Shown here: piece after piece, positions 24,330 through 36,000 of the stretch
Numbering within the stretch: position 1 is the stretch's first letter
Layout of the letters: every line of letters starts with the position of its first letter
DNA from: Octopus bimaculoides
Taxonomy: Eukaryota
Direction: 5' to 3'
DNA length: 41,367 bases
Assembly: GCF_001194135.2 (NCBI RefSeq)
Contig: NC_068983.1
Span: 130,961,178 to 131,002,544 of the forward strand
Program-made: the position numbers and the translations under genes
Notes under the pieces: model-generated
What the model saw: only the letters and a program-made list of their open reading frames with translations
The model's database searches: none
Told to the model about the DNA's origin: nothing

Positions 24330-25240
24330 CTGGAATATTCCCTTTGTAATGCCTATACTATTCTGTTCTTAGTTGTAAGGGTAAGAATACTTATCCATGC
24401 CTTTGCGAGTCTCTCTATAGCAGCAATTAAGGTAGTAGGTACCTTTGCCAGGTGTAGGCACTTTAACAGCCATGAATGAGGGATAGAGTCGAGTGTCTTC
24501 TTATAGTCAAGGTTTCTGCGTCGTTTTTTTATTACTTCAGACAGTACAGCTTTGTTTATTAGAAGTTACTCGGCCCATCCCCACACTCCCCTCTTTCCAC
24601 CAGCCTGTTCATCATTCAAAATAATCTTGGAGGAATTGGCTGAGGCAACTTGTGTATAGTTTGTACGTAAAGTTTAGGCAAGCAATGGGCTTGTAGTTTC
24701 CTGCCATCTCGGTGATTTCATTTTTGGCAACAAGATTTGTTCTTGCTCTAGCAAGCCAATTTGGTATATCAGTCTGACCTTCCATAGTCCTTTTGAACAT
24801 ATATATCACTTGGTTTCTGAAAAATGTCAGATTTTTTTATCAATATCTAACTGTTATGTCTCTTGCAGGTGCCTTCCCATTCTGCAGTTTGCCTACTGCT
24901 ATAGCGAAGGTTTCTGCACCAATTTTGTATGTTTTACTTTTATTGTTCATACTGCATTCTCTCTCAGTTGTATTTGACCGTGGTGCATTTAGGTTGAAAT
25001 CCCTCTTTTCTTTCTAAATTTTTGACCAGAATGATTGTAGATCTTCTTGTGAGGAAGCATTCTTAATGATAATATGTTCTTTCCTCATCTCTCTGTATAA
25101 TTCTTGTTGGTTGGTGTCAAACTTGCGATTGATACTGACTCGCTCAAAAATTCGTTTGAAATAGCGGAGTTTCTCCTTCATCGTCCTGAGTTCATGTTTT
25201 AAAGTGATAAGCTTTCCCTCAAGAGCTCGGTGTAAAGAGT
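24330..25240 (-). mobile_element. R4/Dong-clade LINE fragment, RT domains 0-4
   Basis: GKAP, PNWLARARTNLVAK...NYKPIACLNFTYKLYTSCL (ORF 24612-24809), WLLKCLHLAKVP and ITKGIFQAD (the RGIFQGD motif). Confidence 0.88.
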
Positions 25241-25379
25241 TGCCATAAAGTTATATGTATGTATGTATGTATGTATGTATATATGTATGTATGATCTCTT
25301 CTTTTTCTCTTTCCGATTTAGAGTAAATTTTGACCAGCCAGAGACTTGGTAGCAAGATTGTAAAGGAAAGTATCTTGAT

Positions 25380-25700
25380 TTAACCGTCATCCTTTAAATC
25401 TTAAGAAGGTCTTGAAGATTTTTATAGTTGCAGATATCGTGATCCTTTGTAGTGTACGAGTTAAGGGTTTTCATTTTCTCTCCAAGATTCCATGTTCAGC
25501 CATATTTTACTCCTTATGGGTTGGTATGTACCCGGCAGATCCAATAACAATGTATATGAAACTGAAAATGCATCTTGGGTACTGGATTCGTAAACTCCTC
25601 ATCAAGGATTCGTAGATGTCCTCTTTTGTTTGTATTTTCTAACCACATTCGTGTCCAGCGGGGCAGCTGATTTCCACAACAAGACAGATTTCTTTTTAAT
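25380..25700 (-). mobile_element. R4/Dong-clade LINE C-terminal endonuclease fragment
   Basis: Minus strand reads VVEISCPAxDTNVVRK...KEDIYESLMRSLRIQYP...IVIGSAGY...IKIFKTFLRF. Confidence 0.75.
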
Positions 25701-27219
25701 GTGTGTACGTAAATTTGTATGTATATTCACACATACACACACACGCACGCGCGCGCGCACATAAATCACAAATGAATATTACAAAATATAACCACAAAAC
25801 ATATATGCTATATAAGCTGACATATACACAAAACGTACAAAACGTAGGAAGTATTCACACGAAACCCACAAATAATATTTGTGAAGATATATGCACAAGC
25901 TTTAAAACCACAAACCTTCTGGAGATGAATACCAAATCTCTCATAAATTCAACACTAGCATCTTAGAGAAAAGAGGGTCAAACAATTTTGTTGTTTTATA
26001 AAAATAAATATAAAACGAAAAGACAATATTGTCTGCCCGTTCAGATCGACTTGAAGCTATATATAAAAAAAAAAGAGAAAATAAAAAAATAAATACAAAA
26101 AGTTCTGTTAGTCTTTTGTCTCGTGAAAATCTCGAAAAAAGTACCTTCCATTATTAACCCAGAATAATCCCTCTACGGTCGAGAGAAGATAGAGTTAACT
26201 AAAGATATTAATATTACATTTGCTGAGAATACTAAGAGAAACTATTATCTTGCATTGTGAGCTATGAAATATAATCGCCATTGTATCAATAAATACTGTT
26301 TCACTGCTTGTGTGCCACTACGTATTTTCTTCACCAACGAAAAATAGCAGTTAAGTTTCTCTAAAATTTCACCTTGAAGTCTTGATGATATAAGGACATT
26401 TTGCATAATATAGTCGTTGGTAAATAGTTCCAGAGTAAAATATAGGAGTGTCACTATTGGAATGTCTCTAGTTATAAATCTACTCGATATCCATAGTGCA
26501 AAGAACAAAACAACAGCAACAACTACGCACAAGTCTATGAAATTGTTAGAGGGGGCACAGTTTTCTGTATTTTGTAAAAGAAACAAAATGGATGTAAAAC
26601 AAAAATGGCGTCAATAGGAAAGTTTAAATGGATGGAATAGATGTTCGAATTGACTTTCTTGAAATCAAATTTCACACTACGGCATTCACAATAACTTTAA
26701 TACCTTCAACAATAAGAAAACAATAAAAATATATCCACGCTTATCACAATCACCACCATCCTCGTGGTTATCGTTAGGAAATGTAGCATCAGCAGCAATA
26801 GCAACAACATCATCACTACTACCACGACCGAAAACAACAACAAAGTTAATCAGTAAATAGAATTCTTATTTCCAGATGACAGAGTTAGTGCTGTGTTGAT
26901 ACTCGCAGCCTCGATAAACAGACAAAGATATAAAGAAATGGAGAAGAAAACGGAGAAAATAAACGGTAAAATGAAGAAGAAAAAGTAGAAAGTAAAAAGA
27001 CTTATAAAAGAAAAAGATAGATATAAAGAAAGTGGAAGGTGGAGGATAAAGTAAAGAAAAGGTTAGTGTTGGTGTATTTGGTTAATGTCATTAGACCAAT
27101 GACTAATGAGAAAGGACGGGTGGTCGTAAACAACACTTATATAGAGTCAATACAGAAATATTTCTTAGGTCTTCCAGCATTGACCTAAGTTTATGTTCTC
27201 ATATCGATCAACATTCACT

Positions 27220-27402
27220 CACTCACACGAACACACATACACACACACACNNNNNNNNNNNNNNNNNNNNNNNNNNNNNNNNNNNNNNNNNNNNNNNNNN
27301 NNNNNNNNNNNNNNNNNNNNNNNNNNNNNNNNNNNNNNNNNNNNNNNNNNNNNNNNNNNNNNNNNNNNNNNNNNNNNNNNNNNNNNNNNNNNNNNNNNNN
27401 NN

Positions 27403-27450
<48 letters not shown>
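27220..27450. repeat. (CA)n-gap-(TG)n microsatellite
   Basis: Visible. Confidence 0.9.
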
Positions 27451-27664
27451 GGTGTGTAGAATTAAATGGATTTCCGTCGGTTTCTACGGTAAATATTGCA
27501 GTCATTCAATCTAGTCAACTATTTACTCGTTAAATTATAGTTCAAGTAGTAAAGTATTGAACAGACACGTGTATCATTAACAAAAGCCTTGGGAAGGCCA
27601 GAAAGAGAAAAAGAGAGAAAGCGAGAGAGATCGTATGAATCAAATACAGAGTGGAGCAATAATA

Positions 27665-27877
27665 GTTCTTTCTGCTATAAGCACAAAGCTTGCAATTTGC
27701 TAAAAATTTGGGGAAAGGCGTCAGCTAATTACATCGACCTCAGTTCTTGTCTGGTACTTATTTCATCGACCACAAAAAAAAAGACAAAATCGACTCCAGT
27801 GGAAAACAGTAAGCACTGACGGAATGCCTCTAAGCATTTAGTTTGACGTAGTAACGATTCTGCATGTTCGCTGCCTT
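27665..27877 (-). mobile_element. Family-A SINE (older member of head-to-head pair 2)
   Basis: ttacatcgacctcag...ggtacttatttcatcgac...aacgattctgcatgttcgctgcc. Confidence 0.8.
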
Positions 27878-27909
27878 AAGAGTGGAACTATAAAATAAAA
27901 TCCATGAAT

Positions 27910-28115
27910 AGGGCGGTGAGCTGCCTGGATTGTTAGCATGCCGGGAAAATCCTTAATGGCATTTCATCCGTCTTTAGGTTCTGAGTTCAATTCCTTTGCC
28001 TGTCATCCTTTAGTGGTCGATAAAATAAGTACCAGTTGACCACTGAGGTCAATGTAATCGACTAAACCCCTCCCCTTAAATTGCTGGCCTCGTACCAAAA
28101 TTTGAAGCCAACATT
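27910..28115 (+). mobile_element. Family-A SINE with 12-bp TSD
   Basis: Head gggcggtgagctg; TSD aaatccatg(a/g)at at 27898-27909 and 28116-28127. Confidence 0.9.
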
Positions 28116-28494
28116 AAATCCATGGATCTGTTGTTATTTTTAGATAATCTGTTGTAGTAGTATTCTGACTGTGGATAGGATGAATTACACAACGTGTATT
28201 ATTTCATGCAACATATCATCTCAGTTTCTTTGTGAATGGCTCAGCCGATATATAAATCTCCTATATAGGGATATTCTGTAATTTAGATATTCTGTAAATG
28301 CTTCTAATTACTGAACTGGGGCCATGTTGGTACGTCTCCAAAAAGAGGTTTTATTTTATATTTTAGTCAACTCCGTAGCTTTATCTTTGTCTATTGTTGA
28401 ATAAATAATATTTTTCCATATAGGGGTGCAGTAAGACACACTGACTCACACTGTAACATAAACACAATTATCCGTATACGTACACATGTACATA

Positions 28495-28515
28495 TATGTG
28501 TGTGTGTGTGTGTGT

Positions 28516-28559
<44 letters not shown>

Positions 28560-28560
28560 A
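28495..28560. repeat. (TG)n microsatellite
   Basis: Visible. Confidence 0.95.
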
Positions 28561-28583
28561 TTTGTATGTGTTACATATATGTA

Positions 28584-29120
28584 TGAGGGTCGGCAGAAAA
28601 GTTCATAGGCTAACCAAGATACTCCAAGATACTCTCATGGAATGAGACCAAATGAAGTTTATTTTTCAACATAGCGCCCCCACCCTTGCGGTCCACACAC
28701 TTCTTACATCAGTGTTGCAGGACTTGGATTCCATGGGCGAAGAAACTTACATTCTGTTGTTAAAAAGAGTCATCAGCATTAAATATAACGCCATCATCAC
28801 AGTGATATGTCTCTCAACCAAGTGTTTTTCATGTTGGAGAACAGATGCTAGTCGGATGGGACCAAGTAAAGAGAGTAGGAAGGCTAATCAACCACTTCAA
28901 AGCCACAGTATGCACAGCAGCCTTCGAAACCAAAGTATTGTATGTTAAAGCATTGTCCTGATGAAACAAGCACCCCTTCATCAGTTTTCCTAGATGTTTA
29001 GTATCGATAACTTTTTGTAACTGTCTCAGGAAATTGGCATCAAACACTTCATTGATGATGTAGCCCTTTTGAAAATATTCAATAAACTCAATGCCTTTTG
29101 CACCCCAAAAAAACTCAGCA
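28584..29120 (-). mobile_element. Second mariner remnant (one TIR plus transposase C-terminus), same family as 6927-7930
   Basis: TA followed by TIR tgagggtcggcagaaaagttcataggctaac; minus ORF LGKLMKGCLFHQDNA. Confidence 0.88.
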
Positions 29121-29124
29121 GAAG

Positions 29125-30961
29125 CAGAAGCAACGAAAGGTAGATGAGCTGAAGAGGAATCTCACATTACAACAGACTTTTTTAACCAATCACAAAATGA
29201 AGCTGCTGTTAAGTCAAGATTTATTGTGGCAGAGATCACAAAATCAGCTCGGCCATTTACTGGCCATTTAATGTGTGACGTTTTGTGTCCAGACAAGAAG
29301 CAACTGTTTGCTAATGTGAGTATTAGCAGAAACACGGTTGCTGATCGGATGTGTGAGATGGCCACGGATTTGAAAACACAGTTGATTGTAAAAGGAAAAG
29401 ATTTTGTTGCATACTCTCGACTGATACGGCGTGGACTCTAATCTGTTCGCCAGGGAGGAAATTTTGGACATTAAATCGATGCAGGGGCAACAATAGGAAA
29501 GGACCTTTTTGAAAATATATGTCAAAGTGTAACCGACACGAAACTCCCTTGAGACAACAGATAGAGCACCGCAATGTACGGTGAAGAAAGTGTACAGGTG
29601 AGTAGGATACGTTTAAAGATGCAAGAAGAGAACTGCGCTGGTGAGTTGACAACATATCACTGCACCATACACTAGGAAACGCTGTGCGCTAAAGCCTTTA
29701 AAATGGAACATGTAATGAGCATTGTAATGTAAACCGTAAACTTTATCCTAGCCAAAGAGTTAAATCACCACTAACTCCAGTCTTTCCTTCGGGAAATGCA
29801 TTCAAAGATCGGTGACGTGCCTTATCAAACGGAGGTGCGGTGGCTCAGTCGGTGAAAGGTCCTCAACATAGTTTTTGAGCTGGTTGAGGAAATATGTCAG
29901 TTCATGGACAGTAAAAGAAAAGAATCCAAAGTTCTGCGGTATGAAAAGTGAAAATGCGAGTTGGCGTTTTTGGTTGACATAACTGCGCATCTCAATGTTT
30001 TAAACATCCAGCTCCAGAGATGGGATTGTATCATCTGTGATATGTACGACGCAGTGAAGGTATCTCAAGTAAAACTGCGCTTATGGGAAACACAAATGCA
30101 CCAATTGAACTTTTCTCACTTTCTCTGTTGCCAAGTAATGTTGAGCCAAGTCAGCGCCACGGTATTCTCAAAACAAAAAACTGGTTGTGCTCTGCACTGA
30201 ATTCACAAGGCGCTATAGTGACTTTGAAGCCCAGAAAAATAATTTCGAGCTGCTTCGCAGCCCATTTGCCGTCAATGTGGAAACTGCACCCGTACAGATC
30301 CAAATGGAGCTGATAGAACTTCAGTGTAATGGGGCATTAAAAGCAAAGTAAGACTTTGTGGGGCATGCACAGTTCACTCGCTGCATACCTGAAGCAATGC
30401 GCCCCAGCTCCGTTTACATGCACCTCGAACGCTGTCTTTGTTTGGAAGCAAATATCTGTGCGAGCAGCTTGTTCTCTGTGATGAAGATGAATAAAAAGTC
30501 ACATAGGAGTCGTCTCACAGATGAACGTCTGCAATCCATCCTGAGAGTCTCAACAACACACAACCTTGTCCCAAATATCAATGAACTCGTTACCAAGAAA
30601 AGATGCCAAGTATGTAGCTTGGACAAAATTGCATAAAGAAAATTGAAAGTCTTGATTTATTGTTTTAATTTTCACTAAAAAGTACATTTATTTATATTAT
30701 CTTTTGTTTTGTTTTTGCAACCTGCTCTTATTTCAAATTTCTATAAGTTTAACTAGAGATATTTTTATGCAGAGCAAAATATTTTAAGTAATTTAAGTTA
30801 AATTTAATTTATTTTTAGAATAAAATTATATACCATCTGTTTCAATACATGTTCATGTTTAAAGAGTTTTAGTCGGCTCAATGAATATTTAGCTTGTTCG
30901 GCCCGCGACCTAAAGTGTGCTTTGAGTTTTGGCCCCTGTGCGATTGAGTTTGACACCCGTG
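29125..30961 (+). mobile_element. hAT Charlie/SPIN-type transposon; most of the transposase is readable, left end lost
   Basis: NVSISRNTVADR, EVRWLSR, ELAFLVDITAHLNVLNIQLQ, QMELIELQC, CEQLFSVMKMNKKSHRSRLTDERL (hAT dimerisation domain). Right TIR gagtttgacacccgtg (30946-30961) is followed by ctctacat. Confidence 0.92.
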
Positions 30962-31530
30962 CTCTACATCAATGGTACCCTACAAAAGGCACTTTTTTAG
31001 TTAAACCAGTTTTCCCATTCGGACCCTACAATTCGAAATGTCTACGTTGCCAATGAGCTAAATTTAACTAAAACAATCTCATAGTTCCAGTTTTATCCTT
31101 CTATTGAAAGACATATGTAACATAGTAAATATATATAACTGAGTATTTATGCATTCTTCACAGCAGATTTAACATCTTGAATCTAAGGAATCCGCGTGCC
31201 TAAGGATGGAAGCCGTCGTCCTGCACATTCAAGTGAAGTGCGAGGATTAACAACCAAATTTCTCCCTCACCATATCCTAAGATGTAAAAAGGAGATGGAA
31301 CTGTTGGACAATTTGACGATGGAAATTCTGTCTGAATAAAAATGGTATTATTCTGGCTTGAAAACTTCCCTTATAAGTTATTGTCAATATGGGGTCACAG
31401 CAATAACAGGCACAATTAACTTCTACACGACCTTCTGATAAGGAATATTTGCTTACAGTTAGAATGTAAAGTCATTAAAGAGCACATTATTTACATTTGA
31501 CGGATATTTTTCCTCATCTTGTTTGTTGTT

Positions 31531-31576
31531 AACACAACGTTTCGGCTGATATACCCTTCAGCCTTCATCAGGTGTT
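31531..31576 (-). ncRNA. Minimal type I hammerhead ribozyme motif (Penelope-like class)
   Basis: Minus strand: AACAC-CUGAUGA-A-GGCUG(aagggtatat)CAGCC-GAAACGUU-GUGUU. Stem I is AACAC/GUGUU, stem II is GGCUG/CAGCC, the CUGANGA and GAAA core is intact, and palindromic AACGUU replaces stem III. Confidence 0.8.
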
Positions 31577-31642
31577 TGGGGAAATTTCGAACCTGGGTTC
31601 TCATTCCTAAGGTATTTTTCGTTTTTGTTGTTGTTGTTGTTG

Positions 31643-31686
<44 letters not shown>

Positions 31687-31690
<4 letters not shown>

Positions 31691-31768
31691 TCACTGCCTG
31701 GAATCGAACTCGGAATCTTAGGGTTAGTAGTCCCGTGCTCTTGACCACTACGTCATATGTCCGTGGGC
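31687..31768 (-). promoter_or_regulatory. tRNA-derived Pol III internal promoter (SINE head)
   Basis: A box TGACGTAGTGG (31755-31745), B box GAGTTCGATTCC (31711-31700), anticodon-like GGG..CTACTAA..CCC arm. No CCA end or intact acceptor stem. Confidence 0.75.
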
Positions 31769-32337
31769 AATTCTGGAATGAATTTTTAGGGCTTATAAAT
31801 CTAATATTTTCCTATCCTTCCATAATATGCTATTCATATCTGCACTCGGTCTGCTTAGGAGTTTATTGTGTCCTAGCACATGTGTTGCTTCTTTTAGTCT
31901 AACGACAAACAAGAAGAGGACAAATATCCATCAAATGTAAATAATGTAAATAATTTCTCATCTCTTAAATATAGAATTGTATCATTAAAGAGCAATTAGT
32001 ATCCCGTGTATTGATTACAAACTGATACTTGCTATTCCAAGTGATGATCAACAATATAGACGCTTATTATGTTCACCAGAAGATACTTTAGAGAAGCTGC
32101 AATGAAGTTTAGGAAACGTTGATACATCTCAGAATGTGTAAAGCCTAGCAATGAAGAAAATTGCTATTGAGTGCCATAAGCTTCTACGGCGATTCTCTAT
32201 CTCCACTTCTTTTCTGTCTAATCCTTGAACTGCTGAGGCAAGAGCTTCATTTACTGATTCACGACTTGAATCTGATGTTGACAAGACACAACAAGCTTCA
32301 TGACTTGTTGCTGTTACTATCTTTCTGAGCAGATAGT

Positions 32338-32539
32338 TTATGTAACAGCTGGGTCATCCATCTTGGATGCTGAGGCTTGAGATTTTCGTTTGAACAACGC
32401 TACATGGCACATATCTCGTACTGTTCTCTGGTCTTGCAAAGACTTGAGGACTTCTGTACTCATGGAAATTCTACTCGAACACATATCAACAAATGTCTTA
32501 TATACACTCACCATCTTCTCATATTGTCCTTGACAATGA
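32338..32539 (-). other. Candidate exon or pseudo-exon (HCQGQYEKMVSVYKTF...DDPAVT*), product unknown
   Basis: Strong acceptor ttttatttttctttcttaag before 32539, open frame to TAA at 32338, and an internal ATG|GTGAGT donor at 32512. No homologue recognised. Confidence 0.25.
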
Positions 32540-33059
32540 CTTAAGAAAGAAAAATAAAAACATACCCAAAAGTAAAACACAAACCTTGTTTCTACTTCCC
32601 AAATACTTGGGAATCAACTGAGGAGCAGAAGAAATGCGTACAAATTTAGCCTGTGCTTTAATTAGCCTTGTCTTAATTAATTATGACCTCGGTAGAGATT
32701 GAACTTGGAAAGTAAAGAGCCAAAGCAAATTCTGTCTGTAATTTTGTTTGACTATCTTACAAATCCACTGTTCCACTGGCTTTATTATAATAATAATTGC
32801 TTAACAAAATAGAAATTTTAGGATTAGTTAATTGTACCACTACTAATACTTGATTGCTACTTTATTTTATCAATCTTAAATGATAAAGGTCAGCGTTTAC
32901 TTCGGCAAGATTTAAATTCAGAAAACATTGACCCGGAAGAAATACAGCAAAGTATTTTGTCTGACCATTCATTGACTTCATAAAAATAGTTGTCTCTACA
33001 TAAGACACAAGGTCAGCCAATCGAGATAGATAGTATTTAGTCAATTATTATGACCTGCG

Positions 33060-36000
33060 TGTTTTACTCTACTGTATCAACACGGCTGTATCAATACGAC
33101 TGTATCAACACGGTTGTATCAGCCATTACTCCAGCACTTCTACAGAAAAACCCTGGTTTATCAACATGACTGTATTAACATTACAGCAACAATACTACTG
33201 CATTATCATTAATGTATCGCTCACTCTTGTGTCAGCCCGATTGTGTTAAAAATACTCTACTAACACTAGTGTATCAATTACTAAAGTATCGACATTGTTG
33301 TATCAATACTTTTATATCTCCACTGCTGTATATCAAATAGTGGTGTTTCAGAGCATATTTGTATCTTCCAGTAATATATCAAACTTACTGTAACAGACGC
33401 TGCTCGATCAACACTATAGAAAGCTATAGAAACGCTTTAGTAACAGCAACTTCTTAGCGAACACTATTGTATCAAAACTAGAGTTTCAGAGAGGACTGCA
33501 CTAACACTGTTGTATCAGACACCACAGACTTTCAAATTCTGTTACAACACTTATGTGTCAACATAACTATATCCACACAATTGTTTGAAAACTACTGTAT
33601 AAGCAACAATGTTACAGGCTCTGCTATAACAACAGTATTCGATCTGCCACTAATATACAATTACTACTATACCAACCATACTACATCAACACTACTGCAT
33701 TAACGCTGCTAGATCACCACTTCTCACCATTAACAAAGTAACAACACAACTATATCATTTACTATTGTTTCAACTATACTATCAATTTCACCAGTCACTA
33801 TTTCATCATAGCTATTGTATCAAATCTAATGTACAAACGCTACTTATCAACGCTACTGTATCAAAAGTTCTACATATCAATACGATAGTGACATCCACTA
33901 ATTTACCAACGCTGCAGTATAAGCCCTATTGTATTAATGATATGACACCACTACTACTGTACCGTCAATACTGTATCTTCAACACTGTACTAGTCACATG
34001 TGAATTAACAATGTTGTAACAACACTACTTTATCAGCTCTAATATATTTACATGTAGTATCAATATTCCAACATCACCTTCATTGTATCAGCACTATTCT
34101 TTTCTATCAAACCTAGTCTATAAGTTACAACTGGATCAATAGTGCTGTTACAGCGCTATCAAAATTGTTGTACCATCAATAATGTATCACCACTAGTGTA
34201 CCAAACTCACTCGATACACCACAATTTTATGAACACTATTGTATGAATCTTTTGTATCCCTGTATCGCACTCTTGTATAAATCTTCAGTACCGACACTGC
34301 TGTATCAGTCACTACTGTAACGAAACTATTGTATCAGACACTACTCTGTCAACATGATTGTCTATACAACTGTGTGAGCGTCTACTGTATCAATACTGCT
34401 GTGTCAGCAATATTGTATCAGCAATACTATCAAAACTGCTGTAGTAGCCTCTACATTATCACTACTGGGGCAATACTGCTGTAACTACCATCATATTATT
34501 AGTGTATCAGCCTTTGTGTATTCAGCACAACTCTATCAACAAAACTGTAACAGCATTACTATTTGAAAATTAGAACATCAATACTACAATATCAACATTC
34601 TTATATCATTCACAGTAATAATGCTTATGTATAAATCACTACACTGTCAACATTACTGTAACAATACGGTTATATTAACACTTCTGTAATAGCCACTACT
34701 CTATGAACACTATCAAGACTATTATATTAACACGACTGCATAACTTTGTCAACAGTCTTCTCTCAGCTGCTAATGTATCAACACTACTCTGCCAGCACTG
34801 CAGTCACCACGTTACTGTATTAGCAACTGTTCTAACAACATCACTGTAACGCCACGCCTGTTTTAAATCTCTGTATCAACACTATCGTATTTACACTTCT
34901 CTAATAAAAGTATAGTATCAATATGGTTGTGTCAACAACTTTGTATCAAACACAGTATTGTCAATACTACTTAACAAAAGAACTGCTGCAACTTTTAGTA
35001 TCAAGATTACTCTTTCAAGCACTACTATATCAACTTTACTGTATCAATTATATTTTATAAGCGATTACTATATCAACACAACATGTATCAATATTAGCGT
35101 AACAACACCGCTGTATCAAAACTGCAGTAGCGATATTTCTGTTTCAGCCACCATTCTCTCAACACATGTCTATCAACACTGCAGAAACGTTACTAGTGTA
35201 CCCACCGCTATTGAATCAACACTACTGTGTTAACAATGTCTTATCAGCAATATTTTGTTAGTGCTACAGTTAGAATACTGCTGTGCCATCACTTCTGTAT
35301 CAGTCGCTAGTATAACAGCACCAGTGTCAGGAACTACGATATCAAGATTACTGCATACACCAGGCCAGGGTAAGTGCTTTTTGGAAGCGAACCACATTAG
35401 ACCTGGCTCATTATCAGTCAGTCTGCGCTATTAAAAAGTTTCAAGGTAGTTTTTGTTCACGTAACATTCAGAAAGTTCTACGGGCCGCAGTTTGCTCATG
35501 ACTGGTATACACACTACTTTATTAGCAACTAATTTTCAATAATACCTATCAACGTTACCTTGTCAACATCAATGAGTCATAACTAGTGTTCCAACTCCAA
35601 CTTCACCAACACTACACACTGAACACTTATGAGTCATCTCTACTATTTCATTACTATCGTTTCGACACCATTCTATCAACATTTCTATATCAGCGACTAC
35701 TGTATCATATGCAACTATATTCACACTACTGTACCAGCTATTAATGCACCGTCACATCTCTATCTGTCACTAGTATATGAATACTATTGCACCTACACTA
35801 CTATCAAAGCTGCTCTATCAACACTACTCACTCACCCCTTTTGTATTTATACTGTGGCAACTGTTACAATGCCAACACTATATTATACCAACGCTATTGT
35901 ATCAAGAATATTATGTCAACAGTACTGTAACAACACCCCTGTATGAGTCATTACCACATTGACACTAATATATCAACAGTGCTGTATAATCCACTACTGT

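Larger units (their letters stand above)
31485..31981 (-). mobile_element. Composite SINE-like retroelement: tRNA-derived head, AAT/AAC microsatellite, hammerhead ribozyme, inverted terminal duplication and 13-bp TSD
   Basis: TSD tcattaaagagca at 31472-31484 and 31982-31994; inverted repeat 31484-31530 vs 31901-31947 (43/47); A/B boxes and hammerhead core on the minus strand. Confidence 0.8.

Noticed and set aside
26245-26586. 113-aa minus ORF
   Set aside because: Shares aaaatataggagtgt with the R4 3' end at ~1630 and includes an (AAC)n-derived hydrophobic run; likely a LINE remnant.
31687-31768. Functional tRNA-Ser gene
   Set aside because: The acceptor stem does not pair, the long variable arm is absent, and it sits inside a TSD-flanked repeat; treated as a SINE head.
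32000-32200. Plus-strand CIDY...PEDTLEKL resembling Gypsy RT
   Set aside because: Motif spacing is wrong, there are several stops, and no YxDD follows.
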